IMG/VR virus record: IMGVR_UViG_3300028840_006732 | From: a virus | Taxonomy: Duplodnaviria; Heunggongvirae; Uroviricota; Caudoviricetes | DNA: 64,000 nt | Direction: 5' to 3' (one strand) | Shown: positions 9,623-18,859 of the stretch, in pieces | Layout: every line of letters begins with the position of its first letter | Numbering within the stretch: position 1 is the first letter of the stretch | Program-made: the position numbers and the translations under genes | The notes under the pieces: model-generated | Told to the model about the DNA's origin: nothing | The model's input: only the letters and a program-made list of their open reading frames with translations | Databases searched by the model: none

Positions 9623-10244
9623 TGAGAGCTGGTGCGTGCTGACGCCGCCCAAGACGGCGTCGACGGCCTTGAGCCACTACTTCTCGGCTCATCCGGAGTT
9701 CGGCGTAAAGACCACGCCCAAGGCCATGCACACCATGGAGCCTCCCGAGGGAGCCAAGGTGCTGTTGATCGTCCGCAATCCCTTCACCAGGGCCACATCG
9801 CTCTGGAGGCATCGTCTCGGGGAGTTGCAGGTCGAAGGGGAGGAATGGTATCACCCCGAGACCTTGCAGGTCGACCCGACCAAGTACACCTTCCTCACGT
9901 TCATGGACGAGGTGCGCGAACAGGAACTGGATGACTTCTTCTGGCGGACACTCACCGAGTGGACTCGCTGGGTGGAGGTCGACCAGGTGCTGCAATTCGA
10001 GAATTTGCATGCAGATTTGCAGGCAGCGTTGCCGATGCTGGACTGGGAGAAGATCAGCATCCCCTTCCGCAATCGCAACCCCATTCTCACGGAGAACCAT
10101 CCTCTACGGCAGACCAACTGGGGGCAGCAGGTGAAGCATTTCCTGCCCGATCCACTGAAGAATCCGGAGGCACAACGGCTTGTCCGCGTGTGGGCCCGGG
10201 AGGACTTCGGAAACTACGACTACCCGTTGGAATATCATGGCTGA
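9606..10244 (+). CDS. sulfotransferase-like protein (Stf0 / P-loop sulfotransferase family)
   Basis: PKTASTAL resembles the 5'-PSB loop PK(S/T)G(T/S)T. RNPFTRATS resembles the 3'-PB motif. Confidence 0.55.
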   Translation: MLIASDESWCVLTPPKTASTALSHYFSAHPEFGVKTTPKAMHTMEPPEGAKVLLIVRNPFTRATSLWRHRLGELQVEGEEWYHPETLQVDPTKYTFLTFMDEVREQELDDFFWRTLTEWTRWVEVDQVLQFENLHADLQAALPMLDWEKISIPFRNRNPILTENHPLRQTNWGQQVKHFLPDPLKNPEAQRLVRVWAREDFGNYDYPLEYHG

Positions 10245-11355
10245 ACGTATCCCCATCAATCGTTCCGCGATGCCGGACTTCGAGATGTACGTCGACGGGC
10301 TCCGGATGATCTGGAGCCGCGGCCAGGTGACCAACGACGGCCCCGTGCTGAAGTCGTTCGAGACGGCACTAGCCGCCTACCTGGACACCGACAAGCTCTG
10401 CCTGCTGGCCAACGGCACGCTGGCCCTCCAGCTCACGCTCCAGGCCATGGATCTGCGTGGCGAGGTGATCACCACGCCCTTCACCTTCGCGGCCACCACG
10501 CATGTCTGCCATGCGGCCGGGCTCCGCCCCGTCTTCGTCGACATCGAGGGCGGGTACTTCAACCTCGATCCGGCGGCCGTCGAAGCGGCCATCACCCCCT
10601 TCACCAGCGCGATCCTGCCGGTCCACCTTTTCGGTCATCCCTGCGACATGAAAGCCTTGGAGATCATCGCCGAGCAGCACAACCTGAAGGTGATCTATGA
10701 TGCAGCCCAGGCTTTCGGCGTCCGCGTCGACGGCAAGCCGATCGGGCGCTTCGGCGATGCCAGCGTCTTCAGTCTCCACGGTACCAAAGTCTTGCAGGCG
10801 GGCGAGGGCGGCCTGGTGGTGTATCGCGAGGAAGCTGTCGGTCATCTGCTACGGAAGCTCCGCTACTTCGGCTTCGAGGGCGACCTGGATGTCGTCGTCC
10901 CCGGCACGAACGCCAAGATGAACGAGCTGGAAGCCCTCATGGGTGTGTGCAACCTGGGCCGGCTGATGGCCGACATCTCGCATCGCCAGACCCTCTACAA
11001 CCTCTATCGGCAGGCGCTCTCCGAGGTCCCCGGGATCAGTTTTGCTGCTCCCCTGTCGGGGAATATCCAGTACAACTACGCTTACATGCCGATCCTGGTG
11101 GACCCGGAAGACTACGGCCACGACAGGACGGCGTTGATGAACTTCCTCAAGAAACGGGGAATTGCCTCGCGGCGGTACTTTTACCCGCTGGTCAGCGACT
11201 ACTCGTGCTACAGATCGCTCCCGAGACCCGACGTCCCGTTGGCCACGTCCGTTGCCCAGCGCATCCTGGTGCTGCCGATGTTTACATCGCTTACGAGGGA
11301 CGAGGTGCTGGAGATCTGCTATCTCATCGCCGCGTTCCGCACAATGAAGGAATGA
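10237..11355 (+). CDS. DegT/DnrJ/EryC1/StrS-family PLP-dependent sugar aminotransferase
   Basis: Family-typical segments DGPVLKSFE, LHGTKVL (Lys region) and YFYPLV. Start overlaps the upstream stop (ATGGCTGA). Confidence 0.85.
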   Translation: MAERIPINRSAMPDFEMYVDGLRMIWSRGQVTNDGPVLKSFETALAAYLDTDKLCLLANGTLALQLTLQAMDLRGEVITTPFTFAATTHVCHAAGLRPVFVDIEGGYFNLDPAAVEAAITPFTSAILPVHLFGHPCDMKALEIIAEQHNLKVIYDAAQAFGVRVDGKPIGRFGDASVFSLHGTKVLQAGEGGLVVYREEAVGHLLRKLRYFGFEGDLDVVVPGTNAKMNELEALMGVCNLGRLMADISHRQTLYNLYRQALSEVPGISFAAPLSGNIQYNYAYMPILVDPEDYGHDRTALMNFLKKRGIASRRYFYPLVSDYSCYRSLPRPDVPLATSVAQRILVLPMFTSLTRDEVLEICYLIAAFRTMKE

Positions 11356-11358
11356 GTC

Positions 11359-12471
11359 ATGGCGGAGCTGAATCCCAGGGAGGAGTTGATCTCTTTGATG
11401 CGGGGTCTGTTTGCCTGCCCCGTAATCGCCACGCTGGGCAAGCATGGCATGATCAAGCGGATGCTCCAGGGACCGTTCCAGATTGAAGAGTTCAAGGTCA
11501 GCGATCCTGACCTGCTGGAGGCTGTCTTCCGCTACCTGGTCGCGTTGGGGCTGGTTAAGGTCGACAAGCCTCATCCCGGGCGCATCGACTGCGAGGTGAC
11601 CGAGCTGGGCAGGAAGGTCCTCAGCCGCTTCGGCTCCTTCGTACTGCTTAACTCCTACCGTTCGTTCGCTGTGGACCTGGACCGGATGCTCACCCAGGAC
11701 CTGGATCGGGCCCGTTGCAACCGCTGGGAAAATGTCGTAGGTAGTGGCTTGACCAACAGCCGGCGGTTCTTCCCGGCCGCCATGGAGATGCTCGACAAGC
11801 TGGAGAAGCCGCCTTACGGGGTTATCGACATCGCTTGCGGCGACGGGACGTTCCTTGCCCAGATGATCGAGCGCTACCCCGGCATCAAGGCCGGCGCCGT
11901 GGATCTGTCGAGCGAGGCACTGGAGGGAGCCCGGGAGCGTCTCCGTAAGAGATTTCCCTGGCGGGACGTCACCATGGTGGCCTCGGATGCTCGCTCCGTG
12001 GCCGGTTGGGCCGAGCATTTCCAGGGGCACCTGTCTTCGATCGGCGAGGGTGTCGGCGTGATCTCCATGTGGTTCCTCATCCACGAGATCGCCGCCAAGA
12101 AGGCAGAAAACGTCGTCGAGTTCCTCAAGCATCTCCGCTACCGCTTCAACGGCGCCCACCTGATCATCGGGGAGATCGTCGCCGTGCCGCCGCAGGTTCT
12201 TGCCGAGCATCGCCACGGCAGCGCGATGCCCGAGTTCCTCCTCTTCCACGATGCCTCCCACCAGGGCGTGCTCGACTGGCTGGAGTGGGAGAGAGTCAAG
12301 GAGCAGATTCCCTACCGAGTCGTCGACGAGACCAAATTCGACGTCATGGTCTGCGGGAAGCATCCCATAAGCGTGGAGATCCCCAGTGCCTTCGTCTGGC
12401 ACCTCGAACCCATTCACGACCAGGAAGAAGCCGATGCAAGCCAAGGAAGCGAAGAACCTGCTTCTGCGTAG
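11359..12471 (+). CDS. class I SAM-dependent methyltransferase (O-methyltransferase-like, with N-terminal dimerisation-like domain)
   Basis: VIDIACGDGTF motif I. Acidic motif II. About 370 aa. Confidence 0.7.
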   Translation: MAELNPREELISLMRGLFACPVIATLGKHGMIKRMLQGPFQIEEFKVSDPDLLEAVFRYLVALGLVKVDKPHPGRIDCEVTELGRKVLSRFGSFVLLNSYRSFAVDLDRMLTQDLDRARCNRWENVVGSGLTNSRRFFPAAMEMLDKLEKPPYGVIDIACGDGTFLAQMIERYPGIKAGAVDLSSEALEGARERLRKRFPWRDVTMVASDARSVAGWAEHFQGHLSSIGEGVGVISMWFLIHEIAAKKAENVVEFLKHLRYRFNGAHLIIGEIVAVPPQVLAEHRHGSAMPEFLLFHDASHQGVLDWLEWERVKEQIPYRVVDETKFDVMVCGKHPISVEIPSAFVWHLEPIHDQEEADASQGSEEPASA

Positions 12472-13375
12472 TCTCCTGTTCGTACCGGGCCATGTGGACC
12501 GGTACTTCCAGAGTGCTCTGCGGAGCAAGGCAGATGCCTTAGTCCTTGACCTGGAGGACTCGGTACCGCCGAAGAAGAAGGATGCCGCCCGCGACAGCCT
12601 GCCCGACAAGCTGTCGGCAGCCGCCGAGGCCGGCTTCCCGGTCTTCGTCCGCATCAACGACGCCGAGAGCGGCCGGCTGGAGGGAGACGTCTCCATGTCC
12701 ATCCGCCGGGAGTTGACGGGCCTGGTCCTGCCCAAGGTCCGCGAGGCCCGCGACGTCCGCTACCTCAATGCGTCGATGGAGCACGTGGAGTGTACCTCGG
12801 GTTTTCCCGAGGAGCCTTTCTGCGTGTTTCCCTTAGTCGAGTCCTGCGAAGCAGTTATGGTCACCGGCGGCCTCGTGCTCTCCTCCCATCGGGTGGCTGG
12901 GCTGGTCTTCGGCCACGAGGATTTCCTGGCCGATCTGCAAGCGCCTCGCACATTGGACGAAAGGGCACTGTTCGTCCCCAGGGCCTTGGTGGCCATGTCG
13001 AGTCGGGCCGTCAAGGGCCTGGCGATCGACACGCCCTACTTGGACCTGACCAACCTGGAAGGGCTCTACCGACGCGCCAGGCAGAGCTACGAGATCGGCT
13101 TCTCCGGCATGCTGGTCCTCCACCCCCGGCAGATCGGCGTGGCCAACCATGCCTTCTCTCCGACCCAGGAGGAGGTGGCCGAGGCCCGGGAGATTGTCGA
13201 GGGTGCCGGCCGGGCGGACCCGGACCGGAGTATCAGCTTCGAGGACGGCCGCTTCGTGGCCCCGCCCACGTTGATCCGTGCTCGTCAAACGGTCGAGCTG
13301 TACAAGAAGATCCTCAAGCGCGAAGGCAGGGACATCGAGACGATGCCCAACTGGCCATACGAGGAGGGAGAGTGA
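12434..13375 (+). CDS. HpcH/HpaI aldolase / citrate lyase beta-subunit-like (CitE family) enzyme
   Basis: RSLLFVPGHV...ADALVLDLEDSV...KDAAR matches the CitE signature. Start chosen at the ATG after AGGAAG; a 12386 start is also possible. Confidence 0.65.
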   Translation: MQAKEAKNLLLRSLLFVPGHVDRYFQSALRSKADALVLDLEDSVPPKKKDAARDSLPDKLSAAAEAGFPVFVRINDAESGRLEGDVSMSIRRELTGLVLPKVREARDVRYLNASMEHVECTSGFPEEPFCVFPLVESCEAVMVTGGLVLSSHRVAGLVFGHEDFLADLQAPRTLDERALFVPRALVAMSSRAVKGLAIDTPYLDLTNLEGLYRRARQSYEIGFSGMLVLHPRQIGVANHAFSPTQEEVAEAREIVEGAGRADPDRSISFEDGRFVAPPTLIRARQTVELYKKILKREGRDIETMPNWPYEEGE

Positions 13376-13869
13376 TGCGCAGCGACAAGCGCCGGCCCGA
13401 GGGCAACTACCTCGAAGACTTCAAGGTGGGCCACATCTACCGGCACTTCCCCGGCAAGACGATCACCGAGGCGGAGTGTCATCTGTTCTCGTTGATCACG
13501 ATGAACCATCATCCATTGCACATCGACGCCACCTTTGCCGAGGCGTCCCAGCACGGCAAGATCCTCGTGCCCGGCACGCTGGTCTTGAGCCTGGCCGTGG
13601 GGCAGTCGGTCCGCGACATCTCCCTCACGGCGATTGCCAACCTGTGCTTCGACCACATTAGCCATCAGGCCCCGGTGTTCATCGGCGACACGCTACGCTC
13701 GGCGAGCATCATCCGCGGCGTGCGCGACTGCAAGAAGCCGGACCGGGGGATCATTGTCGTGAAGACGGTGACCCACAACCAGGATGAAACGCAGGTGCTG
13801 GAGTTCGTTCGCGAGGTTCTCATTCCCAAACGTGGAGTTCCCGATGAAAGTGCTGATTCTGGGCGGTAG
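13375..13869 (+). CDS. MaoC-like (hotdog-fold) dehydratase/hydratase
   Basis: DFKVGHIY...ITEAECHLFSLITMNHHPLHID matches the MaoC dehydratase signature. TGATG overlap with the CitE-like gene. Confidence 0.65.
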   Translation: MRSDKRRPEGNYLEDFKVGHIYRHFPGKTITEAECHLFSLITMNHHPLHIDATFAEASQHGKILVPGTLVLSLAVGQSVRDISLTAIANLCFDHISHQAPVFIGDTLRSASIIRGVRDCKKPDRGIIVVKTVTHNQDETQVLEFVREVLIPKRGVPDESADSGR

Positions 13870-14497
13870 TGGGATCGGAATGATCGCCGCCTACATCTTC
13901 AAGCAGCAGGCCGAGGTGGGTGACGAACTCCTCGGCTTCCTCAATGACAACGAGAAGCCGGGCACCTGGATCGGCAAGCACCAGTTCAAGGTCCCCGTGC
14001 TCGGCCGCAGCGAAGACGTCCGGGAGCATCTGAAGCGGGACCGGGAGACATACTTCTTCGTGGCCTACGTGGGCATCCCCGACCGCAAGAAGCAGGTCGA
14101 CTTCATCAAGTCGCTGGAGATCCCCGACGATCGCCTGGTGGGCTGCGTCGACAGGACGGCCTCCATTCCGCAAGGGGCGGTGGGTCTCGGTCGCGGCTGT
14201 CTGATCGGCCCCCACGCCCAGCTCGGCCCCGATGTGACCATCGGCAAGTGCGTCCATGTCCTGGGCCACGCCTTCGTCGGCCACGACACGATCGTCCACG
14301 ACTACGTGACCCTGGCCAACAACGCCGCCATCGGCGCCAACAACGACGTCGGCGAGGGCGTCTTCGTGGGCACCAACGCCGCCACCAAGGAGTACGTCCG
14401 CCTCGGCCGCTACTCCGTCGTCGGCATGGGCGCCGTCGTCCTCAAGAGCACCGAGTATCGTCAGGTCGTTGTCGGCAACCCCGCCCGAGCACTCTGA
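13844..14497 (+). CDS. sugar N-acetyltransferase, PglD/NeuD-like (left-handed beta-helix hexapeptide repeats)
   Basis: N-terminal MKVLILGGSGIG Rossmann-like region. C-terminal hexapeptide repeats (IGKCVHVLGHAFVGHDTIVHDYVTLANNAAIGANNDVGEGVFVG). Confidence 0.75.
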   Translation: MKVLILGGSGIGMIAAYIFKQQAEVGDELLGFLNDNEKPGTWIGKHQFKVPVLGRSEDVREHLKRDRETYFFVAYVGIPDRKKQVDFIKSLEIPDDRLVGCVDRTASIPQGAVGLGRGCLIGPHAQLGPDVTIGKCVHVLGHAFVGHDTIVHDYVTLANNAAIGANNDVGEGVFVGTNAATKEYVRLGRYSVVGMGAVVLKSTEYRQVVVGNPARAL

Positions 14498-14498
14498 C

Positions 14499-15434
14499 AT
14501 GTATCCACGCCGCGTACGCATCGCCGATCCGATCGTCTGGCCTCACCACCGGTACGGTTGGCCCCAGGCTATTACGGCGACGGTTGAGCAGCTTCACAAC
14601 AAGGACGGAGTAACGCTGCTCACTTCGTTGGACGACTATGTCGTCTTCCGGCGGAAAGCGGAGACCGACGTGCCCTGGAAGAAGACGCCCCCGGAGCCGT
14701 GGGTCGGCTTCGTTCACCAGCCTCCGGGGACCTACTGGCCCAACAACACGCCGCCCGGCACGGAGGCGCCGTCCGCCTTGGAGGAGCTGATCCGGCGGAA
14801 GATGGAGTTTCTCCCCGGCAACCGCGGCTTGTTCGTGCTCAGCGACGAGCAGCAGAGGCGTCTGGACCCTCACTTCATGGTCAGCCGCGCGTGGCTACCG
14901 GCCCGCCTCGGGGCTCCCAAGTGGAGCTGGGAGGCCTTCGAGGAGCACGAGGAGCGGAAGGTCGTCATGCTGGGCAACTGGCTGCGGCGGTTCCAGCATC
15001 TCGACCGGCTCCAGGTGCCCGAGTGGTTGACAAAGCGGTTCGTCATCGGCGTGCCCCAGACATCCAGGCGGCTGCGGGCTCTGGGCTGCACGACGCCGTG
15101 CGTGCGGAGGCTCTCACCCGAGGAGTGGGACGCCATGATCACCCGCAATATCGTGTTCCTCTCCTTCCGTCACGTGGCCGCCTCCACGACCATCGGGGAC
15201 TGCATCGGTTCCTGGACGCCCTGTTTGGTAAACCGATTGCCGGCTACCATGGATTACCTTGGCGCGTCCTATCCCTTCTTCTGGGACGACCTGGATCAGG
15301 CCAGCAGCCTGGTCAAGGACCCGGGGGCCATCAAGGCGGCCCACCAGTACCTGCGGGAGATGGACACCGACCATCTGAGCGTGGAAGCGTTCGTCAAGCG
15401 GATAGCTACGAGCCGAGTCTACAAGCAGCTCTAA
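14499..15434 (+). CDS. hypothetical protein
   Basis: Begins 2 nt after the upstream stop. High GC3. Confidence 0.5.
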   Translation: MYPRRVRIADPIVWPHHRYGWPQAITATVEQLHNKDGVTLLTSLDDYVVFRRKAETDVPWKKTPPEPWVGFVHQPPGTYWPNNTPPGTEAPSALEELIRRKMEFLPGNRGLFVLSDEQQRRLDPHFMVSRAWLPARLGAPKWSWEAFEEHEERKVVMLGNWLRRFQHLDRLQVPEWLTKRFVIGVPQTSRRLRALGCTTPCVRRLSPEEWDAMITRNIVFLSFRHVAASTTIGDCIGSWTPCLVNRLPATMDYLGASYPFFWDDLDQASSLVKDPGAIKAAHQYLREMDTDHLSVEAFVKRIATSRVYKQL

Positions 15435-15448
15435 CCAGGAGCGTGGAA

Positions 15449-16378
15449 ATGGACCCTAAGAAACTGAAGCGAGCGGAGGAACTGGCCAAGAGGCAGGGCG
15501 GCCTGATCGTGCGGCCCGAGGAAACCAAGACCCCCGGCGGCCTGATCGTTCGCGAGCAGACCCATGCCGGCGAGTCGACGTCGATGGCCCACGCCGCCGC
15601 CCATGATCTAGGGCAACAGGTGACCGCCGAGAACGGTTGCCGGATGCCCCCGGAAGTTGAGAAGCAGGTCTACGGCCATAGACGGTCTACGCCGTTCGAC
15701 CCGTCGAAGTTCCTCGGCAAGCATCCTGTGGAGAATGTCCAGGCCAAGCCCCCGGACTCCCTGGTCGAGTTCTACGCCTACGAGATCCCCCCGGGCGCGG
15801 AGATCGACCTCTCCGAGATGATCGCCCACTGCAAGGCCACCGGGGACATCGACCACTACCGCAACCAGCACAACGGCGCCCACTTCGAGCGGCCCAAGAG
15901 CCGCCAGGCCCATAGCAGCGGCTACACGGTGACGAAGATCCTCCCCGAGCTGAAGGGCACGCCGTACAGCAACCTCATTCTGGGCTACTGCTGGGGCTTC
16001 AACCCTTCGGCGATCCGCATCAGCCACGGCGAGGTCTGCTGTGACGCCATGACGGGCCGGATCACCATCTTCCTCGACAAGGACGACAAGGTCGACTTCA
16101 TCGAGCAGGAGATCCCGGTCCTCTATGGCAGCGGTGCCGACCTCAATGAGATCCGCCGTGATATGCAGGCGGGCAAGGAGACACCGGCCAAGCGGACGGC
16201 CGGGCAGTGTATCGGGCACACGGCGGCCCTGGCACGCTGCGACTTTGACGCTGACGACCTGCAACGGTCGAACAGCAAGACTACTGACCGGACGTTACCG
16301 GTCACGGATGACCTGAGCGACAAGATCAAAAGGAGTATCGTCGATGGCGGGCCTGGAAGTGGGGAGGGAAAAGAGTAG
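15449..16378 (+). CDS. hypothetical protein
   Basis: AGGAG-like RBS upstream. The ORF track merged it with an upstream out-of-frame stretch (14699..). Confidence 0.55.
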   Translation: MDPKKLKRAEELAKRQGGLIVRPEETKTPGGLIVREQTHAGESTSMAHAAAHDLGQQVTAENGCRMPPEVEKQVYGHRRSTPFDPSKFLGKHPVENVQAKPPDSLVEFYAYEIPPGAEIDLSEMIAHCKATGDIDHYRNQHNGAHFERPKSRQAHSSGYTVTKILPELKGTPYSNLILGYCWGFNPSAIRISHGEVCCDAMTGRITIFLDKDDKVDFIEQEIPVLYGSGADLNEIRRDMQAGKETPAKRTAGQCIGHTAALARCDFDADDLQRSNSKTTDRTLPVTDDLSDKIKRSIVDGGPGSGEGKE

Positions 16379-16518
16379 CGGGGATGTCTTCGTCGCTGCT
16401 CCGACCTCGCGGTACGACACGGCGTTGAAGCCGCTCTCTCGGGAGCGAGTTCACATGCTGCTGTTCAAGTTCGAGGATCTCGACTGGCTCATCCGAGCCC
16501 TTCAGAGGGAGAAGAAGC

Positions 16519-16821
16519 GTGGACGAACGTCACCTTCCGCCGGAGGAGGTCGTGGCAAGAAGAGACAGGCGGGCTAAGGCCTGCTCCGAACTTTTCAAGC
16601 TAACCCTGAAGTACCTGGAGGCTTGTCAGCAGGGAGTCGTCCCCAAGCCGAACTGCGAGGGTACGCTCCACAAGTGGATCTTCCTCGGCGAAGCCCAGTT
16701 GGAGACGGCTTTTCAGGGTCATCTCGACATCGGCGCCCCCATGGCGGAGATCGTCCCCCGGAAGTTGAAGAATCTGAAGGAGAAGATTTTTGAACTCGCT
16801 GCCGAACTCCCAGAAGATTGA
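16519..16821 (+). CDS. small hypothetical protein
   Basis: GTG start after GAGGGA. Composition is protein-like. Confidence 0.4.
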   Translation: MDERHLPPEEVVARRDRRAKACSELFKLTLKYLEACQQGVVPKPNCEGTLHKWIFLGEAQLETAFQGHLDIGAPMAEIVPRKLKNLKEKIFELAAELPED

Positions 16822-17008
16822 GTATCGTGGCTGGAAGGTCCACGTCTTCCGCATGGCCTGCTCGCCCGCCTATCCAACACCGTGGTGCGGCTGGGCGAAG
16901 CAGGAGAAAGACAGCAAGATCGTTGGCTTCAACAAGGAGGGCAGAACTCCAGAGGACGCACTAGCCAAGACCAAAGCGGAGGTCGATCGGCGTTGCCTCG
17001 CCGGCTGA
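16790..17008 (+). CDS. small hypothetical protein (TTG start; an alternative ATG at 16851 is possible)
   Basis: AAGGAG 7 nt upstream of the TTG. Confidence 0.3.
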   Translation: MNSLPNSQKIEYRGWKVHVFRMACSPAYPTPWCGWAKQEKDSKIVGFNKEGRTPEDALAKTKAEVDRRCLAG

Positions 17009-17065
17009 TTTGGCGGACAATACAGCCTCACCAGGAACGGAATCCCATGAACAGAGAGCAGGCCA

Positions 17066-17275
17066 ATGGTGCGGCGCGCATGGAAGTACGCCAAGATCGT
17101 CGGTGTGATGGTCCTGGCCGGGCTCGTCGAGGACCTGCTGGCCCTGTGGCTGGTCACGGGGAAGTGGTGGATCGACGGCCGCAGTTTGGGAATCATCGTC
17201 GCCGTGGCGCTGGTGTTCGGCTTTCTTGTGGACAGGATCAAGAGCGATGGCGGCGGTACGGATACCGCTTCCTGA
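17066..17275 (+). CDS. small two-TM membrane protein (holin-like size class)
   Basis: Two hydrophobic helices (IVGVMVLAGLV and IIVAVALVFGFLV). High GC3. Confidence 0.45.
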   Translation: MVRRAWKYAKIVGVMVLAGLVEDLLALWLVTGKWWIDGRSLGIIVAVALVFGFLVDRIKSDGGGTDTAS

Positions 17276-17600
17276 TGGTAGGGAGGCGCTGGTTTCCAAG
17301 GAGGATGCCTATTTGGCCGCGAGGTCATGGCGCTGGTCCCAAGGCTACGTTGTCTGTAAGGAGAGAATCTGGAGTGAGGAGGACAGCGGTTTCCGCTGGG
17401 TTGTTCTCCGCCTGCATCGCGAGGTCCTGGGCACCCGCCCCGGCACTCACATCTACTTCAGAGATGGCAACCCATTGAACTGCCAGCGGAGCAACCTGAC
17501 GACGGAGTACACAAACCGTCCTGGCCGCAAAACGGGTCGGCGGAAAGGCGACCCTAGCAACGACGGCGGCTGGACTACTCGTAGGAACGGAGGCCTATAA
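17247..17600 (+). CDS. HNH endonuclease (HNH_3/AP2-like)
   Basis: VLRLHREVLG...IYFRDGNPLNCQRSNL matches the HNH core H-N-N motif. Confidence 0.6.
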   Translation: MAAVRIPLPDGREALVSKEDAYLAARSWRWSQGYVVCKERIWSEEDSGFRWVVLRLHREVLGTRPGTHIYFRDGNPLNCQRSNLTTEYTNRPGRKTGRRKGDPSNDGGWTTRRNGGL

Positions 17601-17989
17601 TGGGTCAACTACTTTGCCATCTCGTCCCTGAGTTCTTGCTTCAGAACGACTGGATGCGTCTGAACAAGACGAACAGTTGGTTCGCCGCCTTGCTCCACAC
17701 GATCATCTACCAGGCGTTCTTCTGGTTGCTGACGGGGAACTGGGTGGCGATTCTCGTGATCGCCCTTTACCACTTCCTCTTCGGCCGGCTGGCTATCGCG
17801 AGCCGGTACTGCGAGCTGGTGGGCATCGGGCATCCTCCGCCCAACGAGCCGTACTACACCCGGTGGACGCCTCCGCCGGAGTACGTTCGGTTCTGGTGGG
17901 TGCTGATCGTCAGCCAGGTGCTCCAGCTTGGAGTCAACTACCTGGCCCTTACGTTTATTCCCCCGGTCATTCAAATGAACCTGTGGTGA
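17600..17989 (+). CDS. multi-pass membrane protein
   Basis: GGAGG RBS 5 nt upstream. 3-4 predicted TM helices. Confidence 0.6.
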   Translation: MGQLLCHLVPEFLLQNDWMRLNKTNSWFAALLHTIIYQAFFWLLTGNWVAILVIALYHFLFGRLAIASRYCELVGIGHPPPNEPYYTRWTPPPEYVRFWWVLIVSQVLQLGVNYLALTFIPPVIQMNLW

Positions 17990-18142
17990 GCCAGCGCATC
18001 CGCTACCCCAACGACGGCCACGACTGGCGAATCTGCGACTGCGACGTCTGCAAGCAGAAGCGGAGAGCTACCGGTACGGAACCCAAGATCCTGCCCGGCC
18101 AGGATCTCTTCAAGCTCGATCTGATGCCCAAGGAAGAGCCTC

Positions 18143-18838
18143 GTGATCCGACCCAGAGATTTCAGCCTTAGACAGCTCTCGAAGGATATTCGAGAGGGGA
18201 AGCCCTTCACCTTTTCCCGCTGGGGAGACGGCGAGTGGCGGGCAGTGCTGGGTACGGTGCGGGGTGCCAACTGCGACGGGCATGCTTTCTTTCCCGAGAT
18301 GGGAGAGGAGTTGCAGGCCGTGCTCCGCTCGCAGCCTTCCTACCTGATGGGGATGCAGCCATTCGCCACGCGGCTGCTTGGGCAGCGGATCGAAAAGTGG
18401 CTGGCCTCCAACAAGCTGACCTTCAACTGGATCAACGCGGACGTCTTCCACAAGGCGGCTGGCAACGGTAAGCTCGGCCGCCTGATCCAGGCTCTGCAAG
18501 AGCGGAAGGTGGTGATCGTGGGGCCGGACCATCTCAAGCGTATCAACAAGCTGGTCCCCTACGCCCAGTTCGTTGACGTTCCCCCGAAGAACGCTTTCCT
18601 GGCCAGGCGGAAGATCGTGCGGGAGACCCTGGCTGCCCTCGACTCCATCGACGAACCCGCCGTGGTCTCCGTGTCGGCCTCGATGCCGGCCGAGATCATC
18701 CTGCACGAGCTGTACGCCAAGGCGGGCCAGCGTCACACGCTGATCGACTTTGGTTCCTTGTGGGACCAGTACGTGGGCGTCAAGAGCCGGAAGTACATGC
18801 AAGCCGGCACCCCGGCGCCCGTTATTCCCGATGCCTAA
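18143..18838 (+). CDS. GT-D-like glycosyltransferase (DUF1792-like, RWGDGE motif)
   Basis: TFSRWGDGEW matches the conserved GT-D xGDGE motif. GTG start after AAGGAAG. Confidence 0.5.
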   Translation: MIRPRDFSLRQLSKDIREGKPFTFSRWGDGEWRAVLGTVRGANCDGHAFFPEMGEELQAVLRSQPSYLMGMQPFATRLLGQRIEKWLASNKLTFNWINADVFHKAAGNGKLGRLIQALQERKVVIVGPDHLKRINKLVPYAQFVDVPPKNAFLARRKIVRETLAALDSIDEPAVVSVSASMPAEIILHELYAKAGQRHTLIDFGSLWDQYVGVKSRKYMQAGTPAPVIPDA

Positions 18839-18839
18839 A

Positions 18840-18859
18840 CTTCAAAAGCGGTTTTGAGA
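18840..18859. repeat. palindromic motif copy 2 (reverse orientation), CTTCAAAAGCGGTTTTGAGA, abutting the ATG start at 18859
   Basis: Reverse complement shares the 17-mer CTCAAAACCGCTTTTGA with copies 1, 3 and 4. Confidence 0.7.

Noticed and set aside
10849-12735. 628-aa minus-strand ORF, and many other long minus-strand ORFs (2054..3205, 3898..4620, 18835..19926, 23744..24829, 34456..36315, 45443..47374, 52135..54687, 58331..59842)
   Set aside because: They are antisense to plus-strand genes with recognisable domains (DegT, RNR, RNAP, SDR). Their products are Arg/Ala/Gly/Pro-rich with few Lys, typical of spurious ORFs in 65% GC DNA. None has an RBS-like start context.
14699-15448. 5' part of the 559-aa plus ORF 14699..16378
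   Set aside because: It overlaps CDS 14499..15434 in another frame. The real gene begins at the ATG at 15449, which has its own RBS. The upstream extension is an open-frame artefact.
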